Positions 16,295 to 25,673 of a stretch of DNA of 41,306 nucleotides are shown piece after piece. Numbering within the stretch: the stretch's first letter is position 1; every line of letters begins with the position of its first letter. A program made the translations under genes and the position numbers. Under the pieces are notes generated by a model that was not told the origin of the DNA, searched no databases, and saw only the letters and a list, made by a program, of their open reading frames with translations. Location of the stretch: contig JBELEU010000002.1 of the NCBI GenBank assembly GCA_042093455.1, positions 1 through 41,306 on the forward strand, given 5' to 3'. This DNA is from Crocinitomicaceae bacterium. GTDB lineage: Bacteria > Bacteroidota > Bacteroidia > Flavobacteriales_D > Parvicellaceae.

Positions 16295-17578
16295 CTAATC
16301 GGTTAGGTTGTATTTTTTCTTGTATTTAAAGTAGTTTTTTTCTTGCTCATTAATTAAGTCAATCTGTCTTCCATCAATAAAAGCGTTGGTTACTTTATTT
16401 GTTAGAATATCAAGGGCATCACCTTCAGAAATAAATAGTGTAGCAGAATATCCTTTTTTAAGTTCTCCGTAATTTTTCAAACCTAAAATTTTAGCTGGTG
16501 TTTGGGTTAGTGCTTTAATTGCTAGCTCATAATCAAGACCATAACTTACTGCTGTTCCAGCTAAAAAGGGTAGATTCCTACTTTGCATTTGTTCCATATC
16601 TCCGGCATTTTGAAAACAAAATTCTACATTTTCTTTTGCTAAAATAGCAGCAGATTTGTAAGGGTTATGAATATCATTTTGTCTATATTTTGGAAGCGAA
16701 TGGACTCTTTCTAGAAGAACAGAGATTTTATTTTCTCTTAACAGAGGGGCAATCAGAATAGATTGTTGACCACCAACTATAGATATTTTCTGGAGTTTGT
16801 ATTTCTTTTTAAAAGCTATTAAGTCTTTAATTTGTCTAACATCATTGGCGTTAATATACAATCGTTTATTGCCATTGAAAATTGGTTTTAAAGCTTCAAG
16901 CCTTAAATCTATTTCAGTAGAATTGTTAATGGAGTAAGTTTGCGCTTTATCAAAAAAAGCATGCAATTGATCAAGGTTGTCAAAGTACTTTTTATCAGAG
17001 CCATTCACTTTACGATATCTTGGCCAATTCATATGCATTCCCTCATCAATGTTAATTACAGCATCTTCCCAATTCCATGCATCAAACTGAACTACTGATG
17101 AGGTTCCTGAAATAACACCCCCTCTAGGTGAAATTTGAGCTAGTAGTATACCATTAGTCCTTACCGTTGGAATAATTCTAGAATCGGTATTGAAGGAAGT
17201 TATGGTACGGACATTTGGATTGTATTTGCCTACTTCTCTATAATCTAATGTAGCTCTAACCGCACCAATTTCAAATAAACCAAGGGTAGAGTTAGTTGCT
17301 ATAAACCCTGGATAAATGTGTTTGTTTTTAGTGTGTATAACAATGTCATATGCTGTTGTATCAACATTTTGTAGTAATAAATTTTTGACAAAAGTGATAT
17401 CACCATTATCGAAGCCAATTGCAGCATCTTTAATAACTTTTCCATTCCCCAAATGTGCGGTTCCTCCAAACAGTATTATGCTTTTTGATTGAACTTCTGC
17501 TGGGCTATTTTGAGACCTAAAGCTAAGATGAAATAGCAGCAAAAATGTTAATATGTATGCTCTAATTATCAATTTCAA
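16295..17578 (-). CDS. Secreted amidohydrolase-superfamily protein, HxH motif degenerate
   Basis: 427 aa with a signal peptide. It has an amidohydrolase composite-domain pattern, but where HxH is expected it reads HIYPGFIATNSTLG. The start overlaps the upstream gene by 17 nt. Confidence 0.8.
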   Translation of the reverse strand: MKLIIRAYILTFLLLFHLSFRSQNSPAEVQSKSIILFGGTAHLGNGKVIKDAAIGFDNGDITFVKNLLLQNVDTTAYDIVIHTKNKHIYPGFIATNSTLGLFEIGAVRATLDYREVGKYNPNVRTITSFNTDSRIIPTVRTNGILLAQISPRGGVISGTSSVVQFDAWNWEDAVINIDEGMHMNWPRYRKVNGSDKKYFDNLDQLHAFFDKAQTYSINNSTEIDLRLEALKPIFNGNKRLYINANDVRQIKDLIAFKKKYKLQKISIVGGQQSILIAPLLRENKISVLLERVHSLPKYRQNDIHNPYKSAAILAKENVEFCFQNAGDMEQMQSRNLPFLAGTAVSYGLDYELAIKALTQTPAKILGLKNYGELKKGYSATLFISEGDALDILTNKVTNAFIDGRQIDLINEQEKNYFKYKKKYNLTD

Positions 17579-20500
17579 TGGTTTGATTGCATTTATGAAC
17601 TACATTGTTTTGTTTTTTTAATGGAGCTAAGGTTTGCCCTTTGCTCTTGGCTACAAGCATTTCGCTAATTATTTCAGAACGAAGTTTATTTAAATTTGCT
17701 TTTTGAGTTTGATTTTGTGTTTTATCAAATAGTAATTTCCCGTCTACATACGTTTGTTCAACTTGAGAGTATACTGATAATGGATTTCCAGTCCAAATGA
17801 CAATATCAGCGTCTTTATTTTTCTTTAAACTTCCTACTCGGTCATCAATATGTAAAAGTTTTGCAGGATTTATGGTGACTAATTTAAGAGCATCCTCTTC
17901 AGAGCACCCCCCATATTTAACCGCTTTGGCAGCTTCTTGGTTTAATCTTCTAGCCATTTCAGCATCATCAGAATTTACAGCAGTTATTATTCCCATGTTG
18001 CTTAACAAACAAGCATTATACGGAATAGCATCTCTTACTTCGTATTTATATGCCCACCAATCCGAAAAAGTTGATCCTCCCGCTCCGTGAGCTTTCATTT
18101 TATCAGCTACTTTATACCCTTCAAGAATGTGAGTAAAAGTATTGATAGTAAAGCCCATAGAATCTGCCATGTGCATTAGCATGTTGATTTCTGATTGAAC
18201 ATAAGAGTGACAGGTGATGAATCTTTTTTGATTCATTATTTCTACAAGAGCATCTAATTGAATGTCTTTTTTTGGGGCAAATACTTTTGCCTTTTTCTTT
18301 TTATCTAGAGAATTGTAGTTATCCCATTTAAGTTCATATTCTTTAGCGCGTATAAATGCATCGTAATATAGTTGCTCAACACCCATTCTAGTTTGGGGAT
18401 ATCTAATACTGTATTTGTATCCCCAATTGGATTGTTTTACATTTTCACCCAATGCAAATTTAATAAAGCCTGGAGCAGAAGATATTTTCATCTCTTCCGC
18501 ATTAGCGCCCCATCTAAACTTAATGACGGCACTTTGACCACCAATTGGATTAGCTGAACCATGAAGCAATTGAGCTGAAGTAACACCTCCCGCAAGTTGC
18601 CTGTATATGTTTACATCTTCAGGGTTTATGACATCTCCAATTCTAACTTCAGATGTAATTGCATGAGAGCCTTCATTGACTCCTCTTTCAATGGCAATAT
18701 GGGAGTGCTCATCTATAATGCCAGGAGATATATGTTTATTGGTGGCGTCAATTACAACTAGTTGATTGGTATCTGAAATTTCAATTTGTTTACCAATAGC
18801 TTTTATTACTCCATCCTTAATCCATATGTCACCAACAAATGTACCTAAGGTATCTACAGTCCATATGGTGGCATTTTTAAAGTGAGCATTACTTTTTTTA
18901 ACCTGATATGAAGGTAGATAATCTACATGCTGATTTGCAATAAATGAGATTGAGGAATCAACTTTTAATTTTAGAGTTTTCTTTTTGTCTACATGTTTTT
19001 TATTGCGAATAGCAGACCATTCAACCCATGACCCATCTTTTTTTTGTCCTGCGCCATCCCAAGAACCACTGTCAAAGTTTACCGTTCCTGAAAGAGTAAT
19101 GAAGTCGTGTGTTATAGGAAAACTAAGATTAATGGTATTTCCGCTTCTTTTTATATTAACATGTTGTTTTATTTGCTTTTTTACTTTAAAAACCTTTTTT
19201 GAATTAGAGTCAATTACAATATCTCCATTTTTAGAAATACTATCGCTAATAATGCTATAAGATAGAATTGCACTTGGCTTTTCTAGGGTTCCTTTTACTA
19301 AAAGTTCTCTTATATCTTGCTCTATATTAAGATTATATGTCCCTCTTAAATCATTGATAGGTTCTTTTTTAAGAACTGTTCTGTTTCCAAGAATCCAGTT
19401 TTCATATATGACGGTATTTTTCTTAAATAATGTGTCGTTAGTTATTATGAAGTTTGCCAAATGTCCATTTGAAAGTGTTCCACAAATTTCATTTATACCA
19501 AGCATTGTAGCGGGGCCTTCAGTAAGCGAATAATAAGCTTTATTTACAGAAAGGCCTCTGCCAATTGCAAGAGAAATATTTTTAAAAAAATCTTTTGACT
19601 TTAAAGTGTCACTTGTAATGCAAAAATTTAAATTATTATTTTCTAATAACACAAGATTACTTGGAGCAAATTTCCAATGTGTTAAATCGTTGGTGCCGAC
19701 TTTCATTGATTCATAAGGGTCACTTACATCCATTGCTTTAGGAAAATTAACGGGGACAATTATGGATGGATTTATACTTTTTAATTGTTCTATATTTTCG
19801 TACTCTTTTCCGGTACCTTTGAAAATGAATTCTAAGTCGTGTTCTTTGGCTATCTTATGTGCTCTAAAAAGATCTCTTTTGTAATCTACTGAAAAAACCT
19901 TAGGTAAATGTGCTTGCTTTAAGTAAGCTTCATAAGAAAGATTAACCGTTGTTTTGGGAGATTCTTTGTACCACTCAACATCAATAAAAAACTGACGTAA
20001 TAGAGCAATGCTTCCCATCAAAGATCTAGGATAAACTTGAGTTGAAGAGCCTTTTTGAAACGAGAAAAACGTTGCTCCTGACTCTTTTAAAATTTGCTTT
20101 TCTTTTTGATCGGTTAAGCATATTAACGCTCCATCTCCTCTTGCAATACCGTTGTTGCTATGGGAAAGAACCAACCCAAACCCCTTTTTAATATATCCGT
20201 TTGCTTTTTTGTTGTTGTATAAAAAGTTTTTCTCTGTTTTGTATTCAGGATGAATGGCTTCATTCCAGTGATAAGGCCCAGCTTTAGAAGTGTTGTATTG
20301 AGGGCTAGAAGACCATTTTTTTTTAGTAGTCTTATTTATTCCAAAATCACTATTCAACTCTATAAAAGAATGATAAATGTGCTTGCCTTTTAAATTGAAA
20401 ACAATGCTACTTTTTGGTATTTTTAATTCTTTGCCTAAAGCTATTATTTTGTCACCTTTAATTATAAGAGTTCCGTTTTGGATTGTTTCTTTTGAAGAGG

Positions 20501-20636
20501 CATGTATGGTAGCATTCTTAAATACATAAGTAGGTATGTATTTATCTGCAATTCCCTTCTTAGGAGAAAATAAATCAGATTGGGCCTTAACATTACCCAA
20601 AAACATTACAAGAATAAATAGATATATCCTTTTCAT
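17562..20636 (-). CDS. Secreted two-module amidohydrolase-superfamily protein
   Basis: 1024 aa with signal peptide MKRIYLFILVMFLGNVKAQ. The C-terminal module has the canonical SPGIIDEHSHIAIERG (HxH) and a late NSDD Asp region. The N-terminal module reads HIYHSFIELNSDFG, so its HxH is lost. Confidence 0.85.
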   Translation of the reverse strand: MKRIYLFILVMFLGNVKAQSDLFSPKKGIADKYIPTYVFKNATIHASSKETIQNGTLIIKGDKIIALGKELKIPKSSIVFNLKGKHIYHSFIELNSDFGINKTTKKKWSSSPQYNTSKAGPYHWNEAIHPEYKTEKNFLYNNKKANGYIKKGFGLVLSHSNNGIARGDGALICLTDQKEKQILKESGATFFSFQKGSSTQVYPRSLMGSIALLRQFFIDVEWYKESPKTTVNLSYEAYLKQAHLPKVFSVDYKRDLFRAHKIAKEHDLEFIFKGTGKEYENIEQLKSINPSIIVPVNFPKAMDVSDPYESMKVGTNDLTHWKFAPSNLVLLENNNLNFCITSDTLKSKDFFKNISLAIGRGLSVNKAYYSLTEGPATMLGINEICGTLSNGHLANFIITNDTLFKKNTVIYENWILGNRTVLKKEPINDLRGTYNLNIEQDIRELLVKGTLEKPSAILSYSIISDSISKNGDIVIDSNSKKVFKVKKQIKQHVNIKRSGNTINLSFPITHDFITLSGTVNFDSGSWDGAGQKKDGSWVEWSAIRNKKHVDKKKTLKLKVDSSISFIANQHVDYLPSYQVKKSNAHFKNATIWTVDTLGTFVGDIWIKDGVIKAIGKQIEISDTNQLVVIDATNKHISPGIIDEHSHIAIERGVNEGSHAITSEVRIGDVINPEDVNIYRQLAGGVTSAQLLHGSANPIGGQSAVIKFRWGANAEEMKISSAPGFIKFALGENVKQSNWGYKYSIRYPQTRMGVEQLYYDAFIRAKEYELKWDNYNSLDKKKKAKVFAPKKDIQLDALVEIMNQKRFITCHSYVQSEINMLMHMADSMGFTINTFTHILEGYKVADKMKAHGAGGSTFSDWWAYKYEVRDAIPYNACLLSNMGIITAVNSDDAEMARRLNQEAAKAVKYGGCSEEDALKLVTINPAKLLHIDDRVGSLKKNKDADIVIWTGNPLSVYSQVEQTYVDGKLLFDKTQNQTQKANLNKLRSEIISEMLVAKSKGQTLAPLKKQNNVVHKCNQTIEIDN

Positions 20637-20793
20637 TAAGCATATGAAATTATAAATATTAAATTGACTAAAAGAATTTATTCTAAAATTTATTTTATTA
20701 TGGCTGCAATCATGTTTGTCTATTGTTAATCAATAGTTATTTAAGATTATATAAAAATAGTTACTCATTTTTAACATATATCCATTCATTTCA

Positions 20794-20801
20794 TAGCTTT
20801 G
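20794..20801 (+). promoter_or_regulatory. Candidate Bacteroidota -7 promoter box TAGCTTTG
   Basis: Matches TAnnTTTG and lies 16 nt upstream of the ATG at 20818. I found no convincing -33 TTG at the right spacing. Confidence 0.3.
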
Positions 20802-20817
20802 ACAAAAATCAAATTTC

Positions 20818-21213
20818 ATGAATGACAACATTACATTAGAATTTAAAGTTTTAGGATTTTCGATGCCAAAAATTTCTTTGGCTTATGGTTTATTTCTAAT
20901 CATTTGGGGAGTATTAATTTCATACATTTCTTCCTCTGTTTCAATAACATCTTATTTTCCTTCATTCTTAGGCGTTCCATTATTTATTTCTGGATTACTT
21001 GCAATATTAAATCCTGCTAAAAGAAAAGTTTGGATGCATATTGCTGTTGTTTTTGGACTGTTATCCGCATTAGGTGGAACAAGATTTTTTATGAAAATGA
21101 ATGACGGTCTTAATTATGCTACAGGGTCAATGTTAATGTTGTTTTTAACAGGGTCTTTATTCACTTTTTTGTGTGTGAAATCTTTTATTCATGCTCGTAA
21201 AAACAAACAATAG
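20818..21213 (+). CDS. Small four-helix membrane protein of unknown function
   Basis: 131-aa ORF with four hydrophobic segments and a basic C-terminus (HARKNKQ). It follows the largest intergenic gap in the window. Confidence 0.6.
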   Translation: MNDNITLEFKVLGFSMPKISLAYGLFLIIWGVLISYISSSVSITSYFPSFLGVPLFISGLLAILNPAKRKVWMHIAVVFGLLSALGGTRFFMKMNDGLNYATGSMLMLFLTGSLFTFLCVKSFIHARKNKQ

Positions 21214-21292
21214 GATCAAGTCCTAATTTTATAAACGTAAAGAACTTATATTAACTCTTATTTTAAATAAATTAGAGTTAACTTAATTGCTA

Positions 21293-22438
21293 ATGGGAAT
21301 AAGCACAAAAAAACACATTGAAACAGCTATTTTAATTGGGTTAGTTCAAAAAGGGCAAAATCAAAAAGAAACAGAAGATTATTTAGATGAGTTAGAATTT
21401 TTAACCCTAACATCAGGAGCTAAAACTCAGCGCAGGTTCACTCAGCGGATGGATATGGCTAATCCTACAACATTTGTTGGGAAGGGGAAATTAAATGAAA
21501 TTGCGCAATACATAAAAGAACACTGTATTGATATGGCTATTTTTGACGATGATTTAACACCGTCTCAATTAAGGAATATCGAAAAACAATTAGAGTGTAA
21601 AATATTAGATAGAAGTAATTTAATTCTAGATATTTTTGCTAGCAGAGCTAGAACAGCTCATGCAAAAACACAAGTTGAACTTGCACAATACCAATACTTA
21701 CTTCCAAGACTAACAAGAATGTGGACACACCTTGAAAGACAAAAAGGGGGGATTGGTATGAGAGGTCCTGGTGAAACTCAAATTGAAACAGATAGACGTA
21801 TTATTGGTCAAAAAATAAGTCAATTAAAACAAAAACTAGTGAAAATTGACAAGCAAAAAACAGCTCAACGTAACAATAGAGGAAGTGCTGTGAGAGTTGC
21901 TTTGGTTGGGTATACCAACGTAGGGAAATCAACTTTAATGAATGTTTTGAGTAAGTCTGATGTTTTTGCTGAGAACAAATTATTTGCTACGTTAGACACT
22001 ACAGTTCGAAAAGTAGTGCTTAATCAGATTCCTTTTTTAGTAAGTGATACAGTAGGATTTATTAGAAAACTTCCCCATCAATTAGTTGAATCGTTTAAGT
22101 CTACCCTAGACGAAGTAAGAGAAGCTGATGTATTGGTTCATGTTGTAGACCTTTCTCACCCTTTACACGAAGAGCATATGGCTGTTGTGGAAGAAACACT
22201 AAACGAGATTATAGATTCACCAAAACCTATTCTTTACTGCTTTAATAAAATTGATCAGTTTAAAAATGAAGAGCTACAGCCTATTGTTAAATCATGGCAA
22301 AGTAAAGACCAAATGAGCACTTTCATTTCAGCAGTTAAAAAACAGCATATTTCGGAGTTTAGAGAAACAATTTATCAGATAGTGAAGGACATTCATTTTA
22401 CCAGGTTTCCACATAATTCTATCACTTTAAATTACTAA
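21293..22438 (+). CDS. hflX: GTPase HflX
   Basis: ATG at 21293; the ORF track starts at TTG 21287. It has an HflX N-terminal domain, then G motifs GYTNVGKST (G1), DTVGF (G3) and NKID (G4). Confidence 0.9.
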   Translation: MGISTKKHIETAILIGLVQKGQNQKETEDYLDELEFLTLTSGAKTQRRFTQRMDMANPTTFVGKGKLNEIAQYIKEHCIDMAIFDDDLTPSQLRNIEKQLECKILDRSNLILDIFASRARTAHAKTQVELAQYQYLLPRLTRMWTHLERQKGGIGMRGPGETQIETDRRIIGQKISQLKQKLVKIDKQKTAQRNNRGSAVRVALVGYTNVGKSTLMNVLSKSDVFAENKLFATLDTTVRKVVLNQIPFLVSDTVGFIRKLPHQLVESFKSTLDEVREADVLVHVVDLSHPLHEEHMAVVEETLNEIIDSPKPILYCFNKIDQFKNEELQPIVKSWQSKDQMSTFISAVKKQHISEFRETIYQIVKDIHFTRFPHNSITLNY

Positions 22439-22484
22439 CTGATTACTAAATTTTTATTTTTGTTAGAAAATCAGATCAATTAAG

Positions 22485-23438
22485 ATGGGGAAAAAATTAG
22501 TAATAGGGTCATCAGGGCAGATAGGAACAGAACTTATACTTGATCTTGTTGATACATACGGATCATCTAATGTTATTGCTACTGATATTAAAGCTACACC
22601 CCCTGATGTAATAAAGGATATTACTTTTTTTTCACTAGATGTTTTAGACAAAGACAACTTATTTAAGTTAGTAAAGGATAACAATATTGATGAAATTTAT
22701 TTACTAGCAGCCTTACTTTCTGCTATCGCTGAGCAAAAAGTTCAGCCGGCATGGAACTTAAACATGAAAGGGCTTTTTAATGTATTGGACTTGGCAAAAG
22801 AAGGACACATTAAAAAAGTATTTTGGCCAAGTTCTATCGCAATTTTTGGTGCAACATCTCCAAAAAAAATGACGCCCCAAAGAACTATATCAGAGCCATC
22901 TACCGTTTATGGTATCAGTAAACTAGCAGGTGAAAGATGGTGTGAATATTATCATAATAATTATGGTGTTGATGTGCGAAGCATAAGATATCCAGGGTTA
23001 ATAAGTTATAAAAGCGAACCAGGAGGAGGAACAACCGACTATGCTGTCGATATTTTTCATCAAGCCATTAATAAGGGTAAATATTCTTCTTTTTTAGGTC
23101 AAGATGTGCGTCTTCCAATGATGTATATGGATGATGCCATAAGAGCAACTAGAGAACTAATGCATGCAAAAGGAAGCGATATTACTATACGATCAAGCTA
23201 TAATGTTAGTGGAATGAGTTTTACCCCCAATGAGATTGGATTTGAAATTAAGAAGCACTTACCCAATTTTAAACTTGATTTTAACCCAGATTATAGAAAT
23301 AAAATTGCTTTAACTTGGCCCGAAAGTATAGACGATTCATTTGCTAATAATGATTGGAAATGGATACCTAAATTTGATTTAGAAACTACCTCTTCGATAA
23401 TGATAAAAGAAATTTCAAAACAAAAGACAGTTAAATAA
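22485..23438 (+). CDS. tdh: NAD-dependent epimerase/dehydratase-fold enzyme, L-threonine 3-dehydrogenase-like
   Basis: 317 aa with Rossmann motif VIGSSGQIGTEL and the catalytic YGISK (YxxxK). Overall it resembles the short-chain (UDP-glucose epimerase-like) TDH known from Flavobacterium. Substrate specificity is inferred. Confidence 0.65.
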   Translation: MGKKLVIGSSGQIGTELILDLVDTYGSSNVIATDIKATPPDVIKDITFFSLDVLDKDNLFKLVKDNNIDEIYLLAALLSAIAEQKVQPAWNLNMKGLFNVLDLAKEGHIKKVFWPSSIAIFGATSPKKMTPQRTISEPSTVYGISKLAGERWCEYYHNNYGVDVRSIRYPGLISYKSEPGGGTTDYAVDIFHQAINKGKYSSFLGQDVRLPMMYMDDAIRATRELMHAKGSDITIRSSYNVSGMSFTPNEIGFEIKKHLPNFKLDFNPDYRNKIALTWPESIDDSFANNDWKWIPKFDLETTSSIMIKEISKQKTVK

Positions 23439-23442
23439 CCAA

Positions 23443-24339
23443 TTGTTAGTAGCAAATAAAATATTAGGTTATACAATTAAATTCACACTATTCGTTTGCT
23501 TAAATACTATTATTATAAACCCTTTTTTAAGTCAAAATGACACACTGAATCAAACTTTTGAAGGTAGGAGAAATGGATATTGGGTGATGAATGGACAGAT
23601 GAAAAAAGATACAGCCTATCATCCGTTATCTAAAGTAGAAGAAGGAGTATTTAATAAAGGAAGAAAAACAGGTGTTTGGACAAAGTATTACCCTTCTGGA
23701 TCTGTAAAAAGTAAAATCAATTATGTGAATGGTCGTTCATATGGTGATTTCGAATTGTATTTTCCAAATGGTCAGATTGAAGAAAAAGGTACTTGGCAAT
23801 CAAAAGTTTACAACGGTAAATTTGTTAGGTATTACGAAGACGGTACAATAGCTCAAGAAAAAACATTCAATAGTAAAGGTAAAACAGAGGGGAAGGTGGT
23901 ATATTATTATCCAAATGGTCAGGCAGAATTGGTTTTTGAAACTTTGAATGGAAAGGGATCAGGAGAAGCAGTAAGAAGTTGGCCAAATGGAGATGTGAAA
24001 GAGAAGATTACTTTTAATGAAAAAGGAGAGTCTTCTACAACAGGAACAATGGAAAGAAAAAACCCTCCAGTTGAAAAATCATCAGAGATAATTTCAGCCA
24101 AACAAGCAATTGAAGCAGAAGGAGAATTAAATATAGGATTTCTTCCCTCAGCAAAGGGAAAAATGCTAAAAGATGGCTATCATAAAACTTACAACGACAA
24201 TAAGGATATACTTATGGATGGAGCATTCAAGAGCGGTAAGTTATGGACGGGGAAACATTACATCTATGATGAAAACGGTTTGTTAGAACGAATTGACGTT
24301 TACAAGGAAGGAGTTTTTTCTGGAAATGGTGTATTATAA
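23443..24339 (+). CDS. Secreted MORN-variant (YwqK-type) repeat protein
   Basis: 298 aa with a TTG start and no nearby in-frame ATG. It has a hydrophobic N-terminus and many repeats of the type G.K.G.W..YY.NG... (GRKTGVWTKYYPSG, GRSYGDFELYFPNG, GKTEGKVVYYYPNG). Confidence 0.7.
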   Translation: MLVANKILGYTIKFTLFVCLNTIIINPFLSQNDTLNQTFEGRRNGYWVMNGQMKKDTAYHPLSKVEEGVFNKGRKTGVWTKYYPSGSVKSKINYVNGRSYGDFELYFPNGQIEEKGTWQSKVYNGKFVRYYEDGTIAQEKTFNSKGKTEGKVVYYYPNGQAELVFETLNGKGSGEAVRSWPNGDVKEKITFNEKGESSTTGTMERKNPPVEKSSEIISAKQAIEAEGELNIGFLPSAKGKMLKDGYHKTYNDNKDILMDGAFKSGKLWTGKHYIYDENGLLERIDVYKEGVFSGNGVL

Positions 24340-25671
24340 ACTTAACTGTTCGTTAATTGCATTAAAGCATTTATAAGCTTCGTCAAGTTTTCCTTTTTTG
24401 TTCAGTCTTTTGAATTTAATTCTACCATTTGTTTTGATTAAACTCAACCAGTATCTCCAGTTTAATAAAGCAAACAATGGAAGAGATGCCAAATATGCCA
24501 AGCCAATTTTCCAGCCAAATAATAGCAGAATAAGTAGTGTTAAAATACCCCAATAAAACCCAAAACAAACTACTCCTAAGACCAATTTTAATGAGCTATG
24601 AAAGTGAATGTCTTTTACTTTTGAATTGACAAACCAAACCGGTATTTTATATGGAATGTAATTACTTACTAAACCGATGAGGTGTAATGGTGATAATAAG
24701 CTTAAAAGTATACTTGAGATCAAGATGTTGTTAGATATTTTACTTTGCTCTTCTTTTGTGAAAAGGTAAGGGCGAAGTTTGTATTTACTAGTGGTATTAT
24801 ATAATGCTTCAACATTGTCAATAAATTTATAATACTCATTTGAATCTTCGTATTTTAAGTTATTGACTTTTTCTAGTGTTTTTTTCTGAAAGTTGATTTT
24901 TTCAATAAGTGATTTATTTTTGGATTGTATAGGAAACCTGTGTAATAAATTATAAAGCGATTGATAGTTTTCTTCATCTGTAATATCGAGCATTACATTT
25001 TTTAATTGATCTGTAATGTCTTTGGTTAATTTATTTATAGTTTCGTTAGGGTTTTTTTGATATGACTCATAGTAATTGCTTATATCTAATGGTTCACCAA
25101 CAATACTCAACATTTCAGAATTCATATTGAAATGATTGCTGTAATCAATTCCTAATGGAATAATATACAGTTTCATGTTGAAATTATATTTTTCTGCAGC
25201 TCCTAAAGCGATTCTTGAAATCCCTTTTTTAAGAGGAGATCGTAAGTGTTTTTTGTAGTTGTGATTCCCTTCTGGGAAAATTAAAACATGTTCTTTGTTT
25301 TTTAAAATATCATGACATTGATCAAATGTGCTTTTATTTTTTTCAGCAGTATCAACACCATCACGTTGTCGAAAAATGGGTAACATATGTACTTTCCGAA
25401 GAATTGTATTGACTAATTTTTTCTTAAAAATATCGGCACGAGTTAAAAAATAAACAGGTTTTTTTAAATGAGCAGCCAATACAATAGGGTCTAAAAAGGC
25501 ATTTTGATGATTAGCAGCAAAAAGTAATCCACTGTCTTTTGGTAGGTTTTCAAAATTATGAAGTTCATATTTCTTGAAATAAGTACGCATTCCTGTACGA
25601 ACTATTGCATAGCATATTTTATAAATGATAGACCAACTTTTAAACCAATATCCTACCCAAATTTTTCTCAT
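24334..25671 (-). CDS. Lysophospholipid (1-acyl-sn-glycerol-3-phosphate) acyltransferase family protein with a C-terminal membrane extension
   Basis: 445 aa with the HX4D motif NHQNAFLD and the FPEGNH block. C-terminal hydrophobic helices are present. It lies 2 nt downstream of pheT. Confidence 0.8.
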   Translation of the reverse strand: MRKIWVGYWFKSWSIIYKICYAIVRTGMRTYFKKYELHNFENLPKDSGLLFAANHQNAFLDPIVLAAHLKKPVYFLTRADIFKKKLVNTILRKVHMLPIFRQRDGVDTAEKNKSTFDQCHDILKNKEHVLIFPEGNHNYKKHLRSPLKKGISRIALGAAEKYNFNMKLYIIPLGIDYSNHFNMNSEMLSIVGEPLDISNYYESYQKNPNETINKLTKDITDQLKNVMLDITDEENYQSLYNLLHRFPIQSKNKSLIEKINFQKKTLEKVNNLKYEDSNEYYKFIDNVEALYNTTSKYKLRPYLFTKEEQSKISNNILISSILLSLLSPLHLIGLVSNYIPYKIPVWFVNSKVKDIHFHSSLKLVLGVVCFGFYWGILTLLILLLFGWKIGLAYLASLPLFALLNWRYWLSLIKTNGRIKFKRLNKKGKLDEAYKCFNAINEQLSL

Positions 25672-25673
25672 AT

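Noticed and set aside
20637-20817. The largest intergenic region (181 nt), examined for a riboswitch, sRNA or repeat element.
   Set aside because: I found only a weak 6-bp inverted repeat (CTATTG-N5-CAATAG) and a single TAGCTTTG box. It is extremely AT-rich with no stable stems or conserved-looking motif. It is most simply a divergent promoter region.
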